Made by a program: the position numbers and the translations under genes. A DNA stretch of 64,000 nucleotides, taken from the NCBI GenBank assembly GCA_040830765.1, contig JBFOMH010000024.1, positions 1 through 64,000 on the forward strand. Reading direction: 5' to 3'. Positions 1 through 9,645 of the stretch are shown here, piece after piece. A model generated the notes under the pieces. It was not told the DNA's origin, did not search any database, and saw only the letters and a list, made by a program, of their open reading frames with translations. Each line of letters starts with the position of its first letter. Position 1 is the stretch's first letter. Origin of the DNA: Puniceicoccaceae bacterium. GTDB lineage: Bacteria > Verrucomicrobiota > Verrucomicrobiia > Opitutales > Oceanipulchritudinaceae.

Positions 1-27
1 ACAGGTGTTTTTCGCGGGTATGTATGG

Positions 28-696
28 ATGGAAAAAGAGAAAAGGGGGGGGGGGGCCCGCAAAGAGGGGGTGGTTTGTGGAGAAGCTGGGGGGGGGGCCC
101 AACCCCTTGCGGGGGAGCCCCGGCCTTCCGGTAAAACCACAACCCCCCCTTTCCCCGGGGGGCCAAACCCGCGGGTACCCGCCGATCTGGACGCTTTTCG
201 GGTCCTTGATGTCGGGGCCGGTCCCGTGACGGCGATGGGCGACTACTGGGAAGGAAAGGATATCACTATCGTCCCAGTGGATCCTCTTGCTGAAGCCTAC
301 GCCGACCTGCTGCAGCGCTACGCCATCACCCTCCCGACACCGACCATCTACGGACTTGGGGAGGAGCTCATTGAGCAGTTTGGGAAGGAAACTTTCCACT
401 TTGCCTATGCCTGCAATTGCCTCGACCACTCGATGGACCCCGTCGAGTGCTACCGCCAGATGCTCGGCGTCCTCAAGCCGGGCTGCTCACTGGTCACCTT
501 TCATGAGGCCAACGAGGCGGAACGGCAGAACTACGAGGGCCTCCACCAGTGGAATTTCAGCGTCAGGGAAAGCCGCCTCATCGTCTGGAACCACAACGGG
601 CACTGGGATATTGTCGATCACTGCCCGGATGCGGCTCATTACCACATCGAGCAAGACCGGCACTACATCAAGTTCACGCTGACCAAGAAGGCTTGA
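28..696 (+). CDS. class I SAM-dependent methyltransferase (true start uncertain; 5' part lies in suspect sequence)
   Basis: VLDVGAGP SAM-binding motif, then VDPLA, FHFAYACNCLDH and VLKPGC motifs; N-terminal ~55 codons are homopolymer-rich and not protein-like. Confidence 0.7.
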   Translation: MEKEKRGGGARKEGVVCGEAGGGAQPLAGEPRPSGKTTTPPFPGGPNPRVPADLDAFRVLDVGAGPVTAMGDYWEGKDITIVPVDPLAEAYADLLQRYAITLPTPTIYGLGEELIEQFGKETFHFAYACNCLDHSMDPVECYRQMLGVLKPGCSLVTFHEANEAERQNYEGLHQWNFSVRESRLIVWNHNGHWDIVDHCPDAAHYHIEQDRHYIKFTLTKKA

Positions 697-699
697 AGC

Positions 700-2442
700 T
701 TATCTCAGTTCCTGCGCCGTTCGGGCATCGACAATCTTGAAGTTTTCCACGTGGTAGGCGGGATCCGCGCGGAAACTCAACTTGACGTCATAGGTCTCCT
801 CAAATTCGAGCAGGATACGCTCATCCTCGTGGCGGAGCCGCTCCAGGGCATGCGGGTGACAGAAGACGCGTAGCCAGATGTCCTCACCATTATCATCGGC
901 ATGGGTCCGCAGGCGGCGGATGACATTGGTCAGGCGACGCTGGATTTCCACGCTCATCGTCCGGGCACTCTTGACGCTGCCGCGACCGGCGCAATAGGGA
1001 CAGGTGCTGTAGAGGCCGCTGGAAACGGACTCCTTGTGGCGCTGGCGGGTCATCTGCATGATGCCGAGCTGGGAAATCTGGAGAACGTGGCACTTGGCTT
1101 TGTCCTTCTCCATCTCCGTCTTCATCTTGCGATAGACCGCCATCCGGTCCTTGCGGTTCTTCATGTCGATGAAGTCGAGGATAATCAGTCCGCCGATGTT
1201 CCGGAGCCGGATCTGACGGGCGGCTTCTTCCGCGGCTTCCAGGTTTACCTGGAGGATGAAGCTGTTGTTGTCCCCCTTCTGCTGCTTGTGAGAGCCCGTA
1301 TTGACGTCAATGGCAACCAGGGCCTCCGTCTCCTCAATGACAATCTCCCCGCCACTGGGCAAGGGGACCCGGCGCTGGAAGGTCTGCTCAATCTGCCGCT
1401 CGATATTGAAACGCTCGAAGATGGGGATGTTCTCATCGAAAATGGCTATCTTGCCGCCGCTCCGCTTGCTCACCCGACTGACGAGGTCCAGCATGCGCTG
1501 ACCCTCGTCCTTGTCGTCGATGAGGACGCGGTCGATGTTCTCGGTCAGGAAGTCACGGACGGTGCGTTCAATGATATCCGGCTCCTTGTAAAGACAGGTC
1601 GGTTGCTTGGCAGCTTCCAAGCGGGCCTGAATTTCTTTCCACTGGTTGAGCAGGATGGAGAGGTCCCGGACAAAATAGGTCCAGCGCTTGCCCTCGCCAG
1701 CGGTGCGGATAATGACGCCCATGCCCTCGGGGATGGACAGTCGACGGAGGATTTCCTTGAGCCGCTTCCGTTCCTTGTCGCTCTCGATCTTCCGGGAAAC
1801 GCCACACTGGCCGCCAAAAGGCATGAGGACCAGAAAACGCCCCGGCAGGGCGATGTTGGTTGTCGTCCGTGGGCCCTTGGAACCGATCGTACTCTTGGTA
1901 ATCTGGACCAGGATCTCAGAACCGATGGGATAAAGCCGCGGGATATCCTTGATGGTGGTCTTGTCCTTCTTCTCCTTCTGGGCGTCGCTACGGGTATCCC
2001 GCACCATTTCAATGGAACTGTCCGCCTGTGGAAGAATGTCCCAGTAGTGCAGGAAGGCGTTTTTGGGCATTCCGATGTCGACAAATGCCGCCTTCAGGCC
2101 GGGTTCCAGGTTCTGGATCTTCCCCTTGAAGATGGCCCCCACGAGCCGGTCATCGCCAATGCGTTCCAGCTCGAACTTTTCCAGGACCCCTTCATTGAGG
2201 ACAGCCACCCGCTTCTCCAGCGGCTCGGCATTAATGATGATTTCCCGGTAAGGGGAGTCATCCTTGCGAATCTTGGCAGCCAGTTTCTGGAGAATAGGCC
2301 GCTGCTGGGCCCGCTCCTCGACTTCCTTTTTCAGTTGCTCAGGATCGACGGACTCGCCGGGTTCATCCACCGGGCGGAGCCGAAGCTCGGATTCCTGATC
2401 TGTTGTTAATTCTTTTTCGTCAAACGTATCTGATGAGCTCAT
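700..2442 (-). CDS. rng: Rne/Rng family ribonuclease (RNase E/G)
   Basis: S1 domain ([23 protein letters not shown]), catalytic IDVNTGS and IILDFIDM, Zn-link CPYCAGRG. Confidence 0.93.
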   Translation of the reverse strand: MSSSDTFDEKELTTDQESELRLRPVDEPGESVDPEQLKKEVEERAQQRPILQKLAAKIRKDDSPYREIIINAEPLEKRVAVLNEGVLEKFELERIGDDRLVGAIFKGKIQNLEPGLKAAFVDIGMPKNAFLHYWDILPQADSSIEMVRDTRSDAQKEKKDKTTIKDIPRLYPIGSEILVQITKSTIGSKGPRTTTNIALPGRFLVLMPFGGQCGVSRKIESDKERKRLKEILRRLSIPEGMGVIIRTAGEGKRWTYFVRDLSILLNQWKEIQARLEAAKQPTCLYKEPDIIERTVRDFLTENIDRVLIDDKDEGQRMLDLVSRVSKRSGGKIAIFDENIPIFERFNIERQIEQTFQRRVPLPSGGEIVIEETEALVAIDVNTGSHKQQKGDNNSFILQVNLEAAEEAARQIRLRNIGGLIILDFIDMKNRKDRMAVYRKMKTEMEKDKAKCHVLQISQLGIMQMTRQRHKESVSSGLYSTCPYCAGRGSVKSARTMSVEIQRRLTNVIRRLRTHADDNGEDIWLRVFCHPHALERLRHEDERILLEFEETYDVKLSFRADPAYHVENFKIVDARTAQELR

Positions 2443-2544
2443 TCTGTCTTGTGGACTCCTTATATGTGGGCGGCGGCGCGTTCTTCAGGGGTCCGCAAGA
2501 CTGATACGCGTTCCAAATTGCCAGGGTTTCTGCGTGGCAGGCGA

Positions 2545-3858
2545 TCATGTGAAGGCCCTCCTGTAGCGGTGCACGCTTTGAATAATTCCCTGGAGAAAGC
2601 AACAGCTCAAAATAAACGAGCCGCCATAACTGAGAAATGGGAGTGGAAGCCCCGTAATCGGCGTCAACCCGATCGTCATCCCGATATTGATGAATACGTG
2701 AATGGTAAAGATTACCGTTACACCAACAGCGAGGAGCATACCGAATCGGTCACGTGACATGCCTGCAATGCGAACCCCGTTTGCAAGCAGCAAGGTAAAG
2801 AGGCCGATTACGAGCAATCCCCCTATGAATCCTTTTTCCTCCGCCAGGACGGCGAAGATAAAATCGTTGTGCGCCACCGAGCGCGGCAGGTACCCCAACC
2901 GGGCCTGCAGTCCGGACTGCCAACCCTTACCGGTGAGGCCGCCAGTACCGACGGCCTGCTGGGCCTGGTTGGAATTCCATGCAGATCCGGTTCCCCGGGG
3001 ATCCACCACTTCCGGTGCGACAAAAGTCATAATCCGCTCCCGCTGATAGTCATGCAGCGGGATCCAGGACTGTTCCTGAAATTGTCCGCGCGCCTGGAGC
3101 GCGGTCAGGTTGTTTTCTTCGAGAAAGTTACTGTAACGAATGAGGTCCATCCCCAGGACCGCGCCCAGCAGCAAAACGAGGCCGAATACGGCCACGAAGA
3201 AACGCTGCGAAAGCTTGGAAACGTAGAGGAGAGCCAACATCGTCGGTGGAATGATGAGACACGAACCTAGATCAGGCTGGGCAAAAATCAAGATCATAGG
3301 TATCGCCGTGACAAAGAACACCTTAAGCAACACCCACAGGCTTTGCCTAACGGTCCCGAGTTCAGACCGGGCAAGGATGCTGGCCGTCATGATGAGGCTG
3401 CAGACCTTGGCTGCCTCGGCGGGCTGGTAGGCCATGATCCCGAAATCAAGCCAGCGCCAGGCCCCTTCGCGGGCAACCCCCAGCATCGGCACCCCGAGCG
3501 AGGAGAAAAACAACATCAGCAGGAGGATGATACTACCGAGATAAAACCAGAGGGCGTTCTCCATGTAGATCTTGTAGTCAATCCGGGATACAACGATGTA
3601 GACGATACCGCCGAGGAAAATCCAGATGATTTGCTTGATCCAGTAACTGGAGCCGCTGAAGGCCTGGGCACTGTAGATGAAGAAAATCCCGATGACGGAC
3701 AGCAGCAACATGATGACCGGGGCAATCCAATCCGTGCGTGAGTGCTGGGTGTTGGAAATGATGCGCCGGGTGGTGTCGAAGAGGGTCCGTGTCTCCAGCT
3801 TTTTCAAGTTGGGAAGCACTGTGGGAGTCCGGCTCGCGGCAGGCAATCTTTTCCGCAT
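2545..3858 (-). CDS. rodA: SEDS family rod shape-determining protein RodA (start 3858 ATG or 3819 GTG)
   Basis: Multi-TM protein with GAWRWL, YQPAEAAK, QPDLG, HNDFIFAVLAEEKG and PITGLPLPFLSYGGS motifs; ORF track 5' extension overlaps the opposite-strand gene. Confidence 0.9.
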   Translation of the reverse strand: MRKRLPAASRTPTVLPNLKKLETRTLFDTTRRIISNTQHSRTDWIAPVIMLLLSVIGIFFIYSAQAFSGSSYWIKQIIWIFLGGIVYIVVSRIDYKIYMENALWFYLGSIILLLMLFFSSLGVPMLGVAREGAWRWLDFGIMAYQPAEAAKVCSLIMTASILARSELGTVRQSLWVLLKVFFVTAIPMILIFAQPDLGSCLIIPPTMLALLYVSKLSQRFFVAVFGLVLLLGAVLGMDLIRYSNFLEENNLTALQARGQFQEQSWIPLHDYQRERIMTFVAPEVVDPRGTGSAWNSNQAQQAVGTGGLTGKGWQSGLQARLGYLPRSVAHNDFIFAVLAEEKGFIGGLLVIGLFTLLLANGVRIAGMSRDRFGMLLAVGVTVIFTIHVFINIGMTIGLTPITGLPLPFLSYGGSFILSCCFLQGIIQSVHRYRRAFT

Positions 3859-3903
3859 CGCTTCTCCGTTGCAAAGGAGGGAGCTTCCCTTATCCCGGTT
3901 AGC

Positions 3904-4626
3904 ATGGCTCCTCAAATAGATGCGATCCTGGAGGCGGGCCGGCAACTGAAAGAGTGTTGCAACGACCTGCGTTTTTCGGAGAGGGTATGGGCTGTCTATA
4001 ATGCCTTCGATTATGCCTGGCCGGGCTATGCGGCCTACGTCAACCGCTTCGGGGGAGGCCGCAAGAAGACGCTTTTCCTGGGCATGAATCCGGGACCCTG
4101 GGGAATGGCCCAGACGGGCGTCCCCTTTGGAGAGATTGAGGCCGTCCGCGGCTGGATGGGGCTGGAAGCGGAAATCGGCAAGCCACCGAGGGAGCATCCC
4201 AAGCGCATCGTGGAGGGATTTGCCTGCCAGCGCTCGGAAGTCAGCGGTCGCCGGCTCTGGGGATTGTTCAAGGACCTGCATGGCAGTGCGGAAGCCTTTT
4301 TCGCAAATGCCTTTGTCTTGAACTACTGTCCGCTGGCTTTTCTCCTGGAGTCTGGAGCGAACCTGACTCCGGACAAGTTAAGCGCTGCCGAGCGGGAACC
4401 GCTTGAGGCAGCCTGTGATGCTCACCTGAGGGCAATAATTGACATCTTCCAACCGGAGCGGGCAGTAGGTGTCGGGGGATGGGCCACCAAGTGCCTGCAG
4501 CGATTAAAGATCGATAACCTGGAACTCGGGACGCTCCTCCACCCGAGCCCGGCCAGTCCCATTGCCAACCGGGAATGGCCTGACCGGCCCCTTGCACAAT
4601 TGCAGGCAATGGGCATCGCTCCATAA
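3904..4626 (+). CDS. SMUG1-family (UDG family 3) uracil-DNA glycosylase
   Basis: GMNPGPWGMAQTGVPFG, SEVSGRRLW, NYCPL and LHPSPASP motifs typical of SMUG1. Confidence 0.92.
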   Translation: MAPQIDAILEAGRQLKECCNDLRFSERVWAVYNAFDYAWPGYAAYVNRFGGGRKKTLFLGMNPGPWGMAQTGVPFGEIEAVRGWMGLEAEIGKPPREHPKRIVEGFACQRSEVSGRRLWGLFKDLHGSAEAFFANAFVLNYCPLAFLLESGANLTPDKLSAAEREPLEAACDAHLRAIIDIFQPERAVGVGGWATKCLQRLKIDNLELGTLLHPSPASPIANREWPDRPLAQLQAMGIAP

Positions 4627-4687
4627 ACCTGTAGCAATTCGTATCCTTCAGTTGACCATGGGACTAGCCCATGACATCCTTCTCAGC

Positions 4688-6211
4688 ATGGCTCACAGGA
4701 ATTGGCTCGCTTTGATTCTTCTCACGTGTCCGTTTCTCCTTTTCGGAGGGAAACTGCAAAATGGCCCCATGCTGGGCTATGCCTCGATGGCCGAAGTGCT
4801 CATCTGGGTGCAGACCGACAGCCCGGCTACGGTCCATATCCATTATTGGGATATTGAGAACCCCGATAAAGTCCTCCAGACGGATCCGATCCAGACGCGG
4901 AAGGCCACCGCCTATGTCGCCAAGTGCATTGCCGACCAAGTGCGGGAAGGTACTCGTTACGCCTATGAGGTCTATATCGATAGCGAAAAGGTCGAACCAC
5001 AATTCCGGGAAGGATTCGCTGAGGGAGCCATCCCCATGACCTTCGAGACGCCCCCGAACTGGCGATTCCGGGAAAGTGGCCACGTTGTCCAGGACTTCAC
5101 GGTTGGCTTCGGCAGCTGTGCCTATGTCAACGAACCGGAGGGCGGCTACGACCGCATGAATTCCAAGCCCTACGGCCAGGACTACCAGATTTTCGAATCC
5201 ATCTACACCGTCGACCCGGACTTTTTCATCTGGCTCGGTGACAACGTCTACTACCGCGAGCCGGACTGGACCACCCGCACGGGTATGATTCATCGCTGGA
5301 CCCATGACCGGTCGCTTCCTGAATTACGCCCCATGCTGGCCAATATTCCACAATACGCCACCTGGGACGACCATGACTACGGTCCCAACGACATCGGCCG
5401 CGTCTACTGGAACAAGGCCGAGGCGACAGAAATTTTCAGCCTCTTCAACGGTAATCCCACAGCTGGACTTCCAGAACTGCCGGGAATCTTCACCTACTTT
5501 GCCTGGGGTGATGTCCACTTCTATCTGACCGACAACCGGACCTACAGGACCCTGTCGGTCGAAAAAGCCAATTCGGAACCTTACGGATACAAGCCGCAGA
5601 TGCTGGGCAAGGAGCAGATCGACTGGATGGTCGATCTGATGAAATACCACCGGTGGCAATCCAGAAGCAGCTATCCCTGCAGCTTCCATGTCGTGGCCAC
5701 GGGAAATCCAGTCCTCTCCCCCTATGACAAGGATTCATTGAGTCGCTTCCCAGATGAGTGGCAATACCTCTTCGATCGTCTCGTTGAGGAGGAGATTCAC
5801 AATGTCATCTTCATTAGCGGGGATGTGCACACCTCGGAAGCCAGCCGTATGGTCTACATCGGGGGCGGACAGGCGGGTGTTCCGGGCAAGGCCGGCCAAA
5901 AAGACAAGGAATACATCTTCTGGGACATTACCTCCTCCCCATTGACAGCAGGCCCCTGGGCCGGAGCCCCCGCGTCAGAGAATCCCTACCGGGTAGACAT
6001 TTTTCCTGGGGAACCCGACCGCTACGGGAAAAGGAATTTCGCCACGCTCAGCTTCCAGGGTGAAATGCATAACCGGCAGGCAGTTATCCGCTACTACGAC
6101 TCTGATGGAAACCTCTTGAATCAGGATCCCGAAAAGGCCCCGGGAGAAACCACGGATGCCAGCATCATCCAGTCCAGGGAGTTAATCCTCAATCGCGATC
6201 CATACAAGTAA
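4688..6211 (+). CDS. phoD: alkaline phosphatase D family metallophosphatase, secreted
   Basis: Signal peptide; FGSC, WLGDNVY, WDDHDYG, DNRTYR and ISGDVH motifs. Confidence 0.85.
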   Translation: MAHRNWLALILLTCPFLLFGGKLQNGPMLGYASMAEVLIWVQTDSPATVHIHYWDIENPDKVLQTDPIQTRKATAYVAKCIADQVREGTRYAYEVYIDSEKVEPQFREGFAEGAIPMTFETPPNWRFRESGHVVQDFTVGFGSCAYVNEPEGGYDRMNSKPYGQDYQIFESIYTVDPDFFIWLGDNVYYREPDWTTRTGMIHRWTHDRSLPELRPMLANIPQYATWDDHDYGPNDIGRVYWNKAEATEIFSLFNGNPTAGLPELPGIFTYFAWGDVHFYLTDNRTYRTLSVEKANSEPYGYKPQMLGKEQIDWMVDLMKYHRWQSRSSYPCSFHVVATGNPVLSPYDKDSLSRFPDEWQYLFDRLVEEEIHNVIFISGDVHTSEASRMVYIGGGQAGVPGKAGQKDKEYIFWDITSSPLTAGPWAGAPASENPYRVDIFPGEPDRYGKRNFATLSFQGEMHNRQAVIRYYDSDGNLLNQDPEKAPGETTDASIIQSRELILNRDPYK

Positions 6212-6216
6212 GACTC

Positions 6217-7419
6217 ATGAATTGTCTCGTTGCATTCGATAAGTTCAAGGGCGCTCTGCCAGCCGCGGAAGCGGTGAATCTCGCAGTGGCAGCTCTGAAA
6301 GTTGCTCATCCGTCAGCTGTTGTCGATGAGGCCCCCCTGACCGATGGCGGGGAAGGGTTCGCTACCATCCTGGCAGAAGTCCTTGGAGGTGAGTTACACG
6401 AAGTTGACGTACCCGGTCCGCGCTTTCATCCCGTCAATGGAAAATTCGCCCTCATTGAAGCCACCTCGATTCCGGCACCTGCTCTGGACCGCCTGCAACT
6501 GACGGGTGCTTCGGCAGTCGACAAGATCGCCTTCGTCGAGATGGCTTCCGCCAGCGGTTACGAAAGCCTTAGTGATAAGGAGCGCGATCCCTGGCAGGCT
6601 TCCACCTTCGGAACCGGAGAATTGATGAAGGCCGCCGTTGGTGCGGGGGCCAAGGTTGTCGTTCTTGGTATCGGAGGAAGCGCCACCAACGATTGCGGTG
6701 CCGGTGCCCTTGAAGCCCTCGGGGTCCTCTACTACGACCGCGAACTGCAGTCTGTCTCAAACATTACCCCCGCCACCTTCAAACTGGTCAACACCCTCGG
6801 CTCCACCTCCCACCTGCTAGACACGTTCCCTCCGGTACGCATTGCCTGCGATGTCACCAATCCCCTTCTCGGGGAAAGGGGTGCAACCCGGATCTTCGGC
6901 CCGCAAAAGGGACTTCAGGAGGAGGACTTTGATCGCCTCGAGCGCCAGATGAACAAGATGGGGCGGCGGATTCTGGGACTCTTTGGCAAATCCCCGGAGA
7001 CCTGGGATGAGCACCTTGCTGAGCCGGGCTCCGGAGCCGCGGGCGGCATCGGCTTTGCCTTGCGCCATGCCCTTCCCGACAGCTGCTTTGTGGAGGGATT
7101 CCCACTGGTCGCCGACCTACTCGGCCTTGAGGATAAATCAAGAAAGGCAGACCTGATTATCACAGGTGAAGGACGTCTCGACGAAAGTTCCCTTGGAGGT
7201 AAAGGGCCTGTAGGACTCCTGCAGATGCTGGACCGGAACAAACGTGTCCTCTTTTTGACAGGTAGTGCAGAAATGAAGACAACCGACCAGTTGCAAAATG
7301 AGTTCCCGAACCTGCAGGTAATTCCGATTTCGGATCCGGACTGGCCCCTGGAGGAAGCTTTACGCAGGACACCGGAGTCCCTCCGGACGAAACTTCTGGA
7401 AGCCATAAAGGATTCCTGA
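6217..7419 (+). CDS. glycerate kinase
   Basis: DKFKG, PLTDGGEG, IGGSATNDCGAG, GAAGG and ITGEGRLD motifs (GlxK/GarK family). Confidence 0.92.
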   Translation: MNCLVAFDKFKGALPAAEAVNLAVAALKVAHPSAVVDEAPLTDGGEGFATILAEVLGGELHEVDVPGPRFHPVNGKFALIEATSIPAPALDRLQLTGASAVDKIAFVEMASASGYESLSDKERDPWQASTFGTGELMKAAVGAGAKVVVLGIGGSATNDCGAGALEALGVLYYDRELQSVSNITPATFKLVNTLGSTSHLLDTFPPVRIACDVTNPLLGERGATRIFGPQKGLQEEDFDRLERQMNKMGRRILGLFGKSPETWDEHLAEPGSGAAGGIGFALRHALPDSCFVEGFPLVADLLGLEDKSRKADLIITGEGRLDESSLGGKGPVGLLQMLDRNKRVLFLTGSAEMKTTDQLQNEFPNLQVIPISDPDWPLEEALRRTPESLRTKLLEAIKDS

Positions 7420-7473
7420 TGAGCGCTTTTGCTTGTCAGCTTCCGGCGACCACCCTTTCAAATTAAGCCCCCC

Positions 7474-8154
7474 ATGACCCACGATGAACAACGGATGAAG
7501 CTGCTGCGGCACGTGCGTATAGCCCGTGTCAAACGTATCCTCCGTATCATGCCCAGGAAAGCGACGGTCCACAAGTTCCCGGTCTTGAAGTGGTTTGCCG
7601 CGGCCGCCAGGAAACGCTCCTACCTCTGGTGTTTTCGTGTCAAGACGGTCGTCCCTGCTCTCTATGCCGGATGCATCCTGGCCCTTCTGCCGATATACGG
7701 CATTCAGCTGCCCTTGGCTGTCCTCTTGGCTTTTGTCCTGCGGGCCAACCTCCCCATCCTGGCCTCACTGCAGTTCATTACCAATCCCCTGACAGTATTG
7801 CCAGTCTACTTCACTGCCTTTCAAATCGGACGGGTCATTCTCAATCCCTTTGGGTTTGAATCACCATCCGTCAGCATGGCTGAAATGAATACCCTCATTA
7901 ATTCCCTGGAGGCCGGCAATTGGGGTTTCAACCTGAAGTACCTTGCCACCATCTGGCTGGTGACCAGCCTCGGCGCCTGTGTCCTGGGCACATTCCTCGG
8001 TGCGCTCGGTTCGGGCCTCTATCGGCTTGCTGCCTATGAGGTGGACGTATTCAATAAGCGGTTGAAGGAGCTTCAGCAACGAAGGATGGAGAAAGAAGTT
8101 CCCGGGGAGCGAATCCCACCCGCACATGGCCACAAGGAGCAGGGTCATGGGTGA
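7474..8154 (+). CDS. DUF2062-like membrane protein
   Basis: LPIYGIQ, LRANLP and ITNPLT motifs with hydrophobic segments. Confidence 0.7.
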   Translation: MTHDEQRMKLLRHVRIARVKRILRIMPRKATVHKFPVLKWFAAAARKRSYLWCFRVKTVVPALYAGCILALLPIYGIQLPLAVLLAFVLRANLPILASLQFITNPLTVLPVYFTAFQIGRVILNPFGFESPSVSMAEMNTLINSLEAGNWGFNLKYLATIWLVTSLGACVLGTFLGALGSGLYRLAAYEVDVFNKRLKELQQRRMEKEVPGERIPPAHGHKEQGHG

Positions 8155-9445
8155 TCCGATTGCCATCAACAGGCGTACCTTTATTCGCCGGACAGCCCTT
8201 TTGGGAGTGGCTTCCGGACTTCTTGGAGGACCGTCTCTTACGGGAGCCCCACCCCGTCGACCGGGAATCCTTCTTGGTATCGATGTCCTTGCCCGCGACC
8301 AGTTCCGGTTACTGAGGGGCAAGCGGGTCGGCCTCCTGACGCACCCGGCCGGAGTCAACCGCTATGGAACATCCACCATCGATGTCCTGCGCGGCACTCC
8401 CCTGGTTAACCTGGTTGCCCTCTTCGGGCCGGAACACGGGATTTACGGCAACGAAAAGGCCAACGTGCCGGTCCTTGATAAGATCGATCCCAGAACCCGC
8501 CTTCCCGTCTATTCCCTTTACGGCAAGTACCGGCGCCCGACCAGGGAGATGCTCGACCGGATTGATGTCATTGTCATTGACCTGCAGGACATCGGCTCAC
8601 GCAGCTACACATATGTCAGCTGCATGCGCTATGTCATGGAAGAAGCCTTCACCCACGGCAAGGAAGTCGTCGTCCTCGACCGTCCCAATCCCCTAGGTGG
8701 GCTCAAGGTTGATGGTCCGCCCCTTGAGGAGAAATGGATGAGCTATGTCGGTGCCTTTCAGGTGCCTTACGTACATGGACTGACCATTGGCGAACTGGCC
8801 CGCATGGGCAAAGACAAGCCGGGAGTCCTCAAGGTGGAGGATTCGATCCGGCGCAAAGGCCGCCTCCAGGTCGTCTCCATGTCTGGTTGGAATCGTCGCA
8901 TGATGTGGCCTGATACCGGGCTTGACTGGGTCCCTACATCACCGGCCATCCCTGACTTGTCAGCGGTGCTCGGATATCCGATGACAGGGCTGGGTGCCCA
9001 GCTGGGGGGATTTTCGCACGGCTACGGGACACGGCTCCCCTTCCGACTTCTCCAATATCCAAAGACATCCCCCGAAACCATTGCCGCTGCCCTTTCCCGG
9101 CGTTCCATCCAGGGACTTGCCTTCCCCATTGTTCCCTTCAAGGTCAAGGGCCAGCCCCGGCGGGCTACTTATGTCAATGTAACGGACTGGAATGCCCTCC
9201 GGCCTACGGAACTTAGTCTCCACATGATGGCCCTTGCCTGTCAGTGGAGCACCCAGAATCCCTTTGCCAAAGCCACCGGTTCCCAGCAGGGTCTCTTCAA
9301 CAAGCATGTCGGCGATCAGCGGGTCCTCGATTCCCTCATCCAACAGGGCGGAGCCCTTCCCATCCAGAGTCTCCTCGCTGACTGGTCCGCCTACTGCCGA
9401 CGATTTCAGGCGGAATCCCGAAGGTGGCACCTCTACCAGGCCTAA
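8147..9445 (+). CDS. DUF1343 / NamZ-like exo-beta-N-acetylmuramidase, probable Tat substrate
   Basis: NRRTFI twin-arginine signal; ALFGPEHG, DLQDIGSRSYTY, LDRPNPLGG and HGLTIGELA motifs. Confidence 0.88.
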   Translation: MGDPIAINRRTFIRRTALLGVASGLLGGPSLTGAPPRRPGILLGIDVLARDQFRLLRGKRVGLLTHPAGVNRYGTSTIDVLRGTPLVNLVALFGPEHGIYGNEKANVPVLDKIDPRTRLPVYSLYGKYRRPTREMLDRIDVIVIDLQDIGSRSYTYVSCMRYVMEEAFTHGKEVVVLDRPNPLGGLKVDGPPLEEKWMSYVGAFQVPYVHGLTIGELARMGKDKPGVLKVEDSIRRKGRLQVVSMSGWNRRMMWPDTGLDWVPTSPAIPDLSAVLGYPMTGLGAQLGGFSHGYGTRLPFRLLQYPKTSPETIAAALSRRSIQGLAFPIVPFKVKGQPRRATYVNVTDWNALRPTELSLHMMALACQWSTQNPFAKATGSQQGLFNKHVGDQRVLDSLIQQGGALPIQSLLADWSAYCRRFQAESRRWHLYQA

Positions 9446-9645
9446 GGTTCCAGAGACACCACCGATTCGGGAATACCGGTAACATCATCGACCTTATTTC
9501 CAACGGTAATAGTGACACCTCCCGCTCGAGATTCCTTTTGCCGAAAAGTAAATCCACTCGAGAGGGCGTAATCGCTTGCGGTGGGCTAACGGAGCGGAAT
9601 ATTTGGAACAATTCCCCTTATTCCTGTCATAAGCACTACTTAAAT

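Noticed and set aside
1..200. Long G/C/A homopolymer runs suggesting phase-variable tracts or G-quadruplexes
   Set aside because: Runs of many bases are crowded at the window edge and the translation is not protein-like until about 190; more consistent with low-quality sequence. Read data would be needed to confirm.
901..2409. 502-aa antisense ORF over rng, and similar long antisense ORFs over typA, purF, purM, nadB and the 46-48 kb gene
   Set aside because: Shadow ORFs expected from GC-rich codon bias opposite clear genes; no recognisable motifs
3859..4281. Long N-terminal extension of RodA in the ORF track
   Set aside because: Overlaps the well-supported SMUG1 gene on the other strand; an artefact of longest-ORF calling
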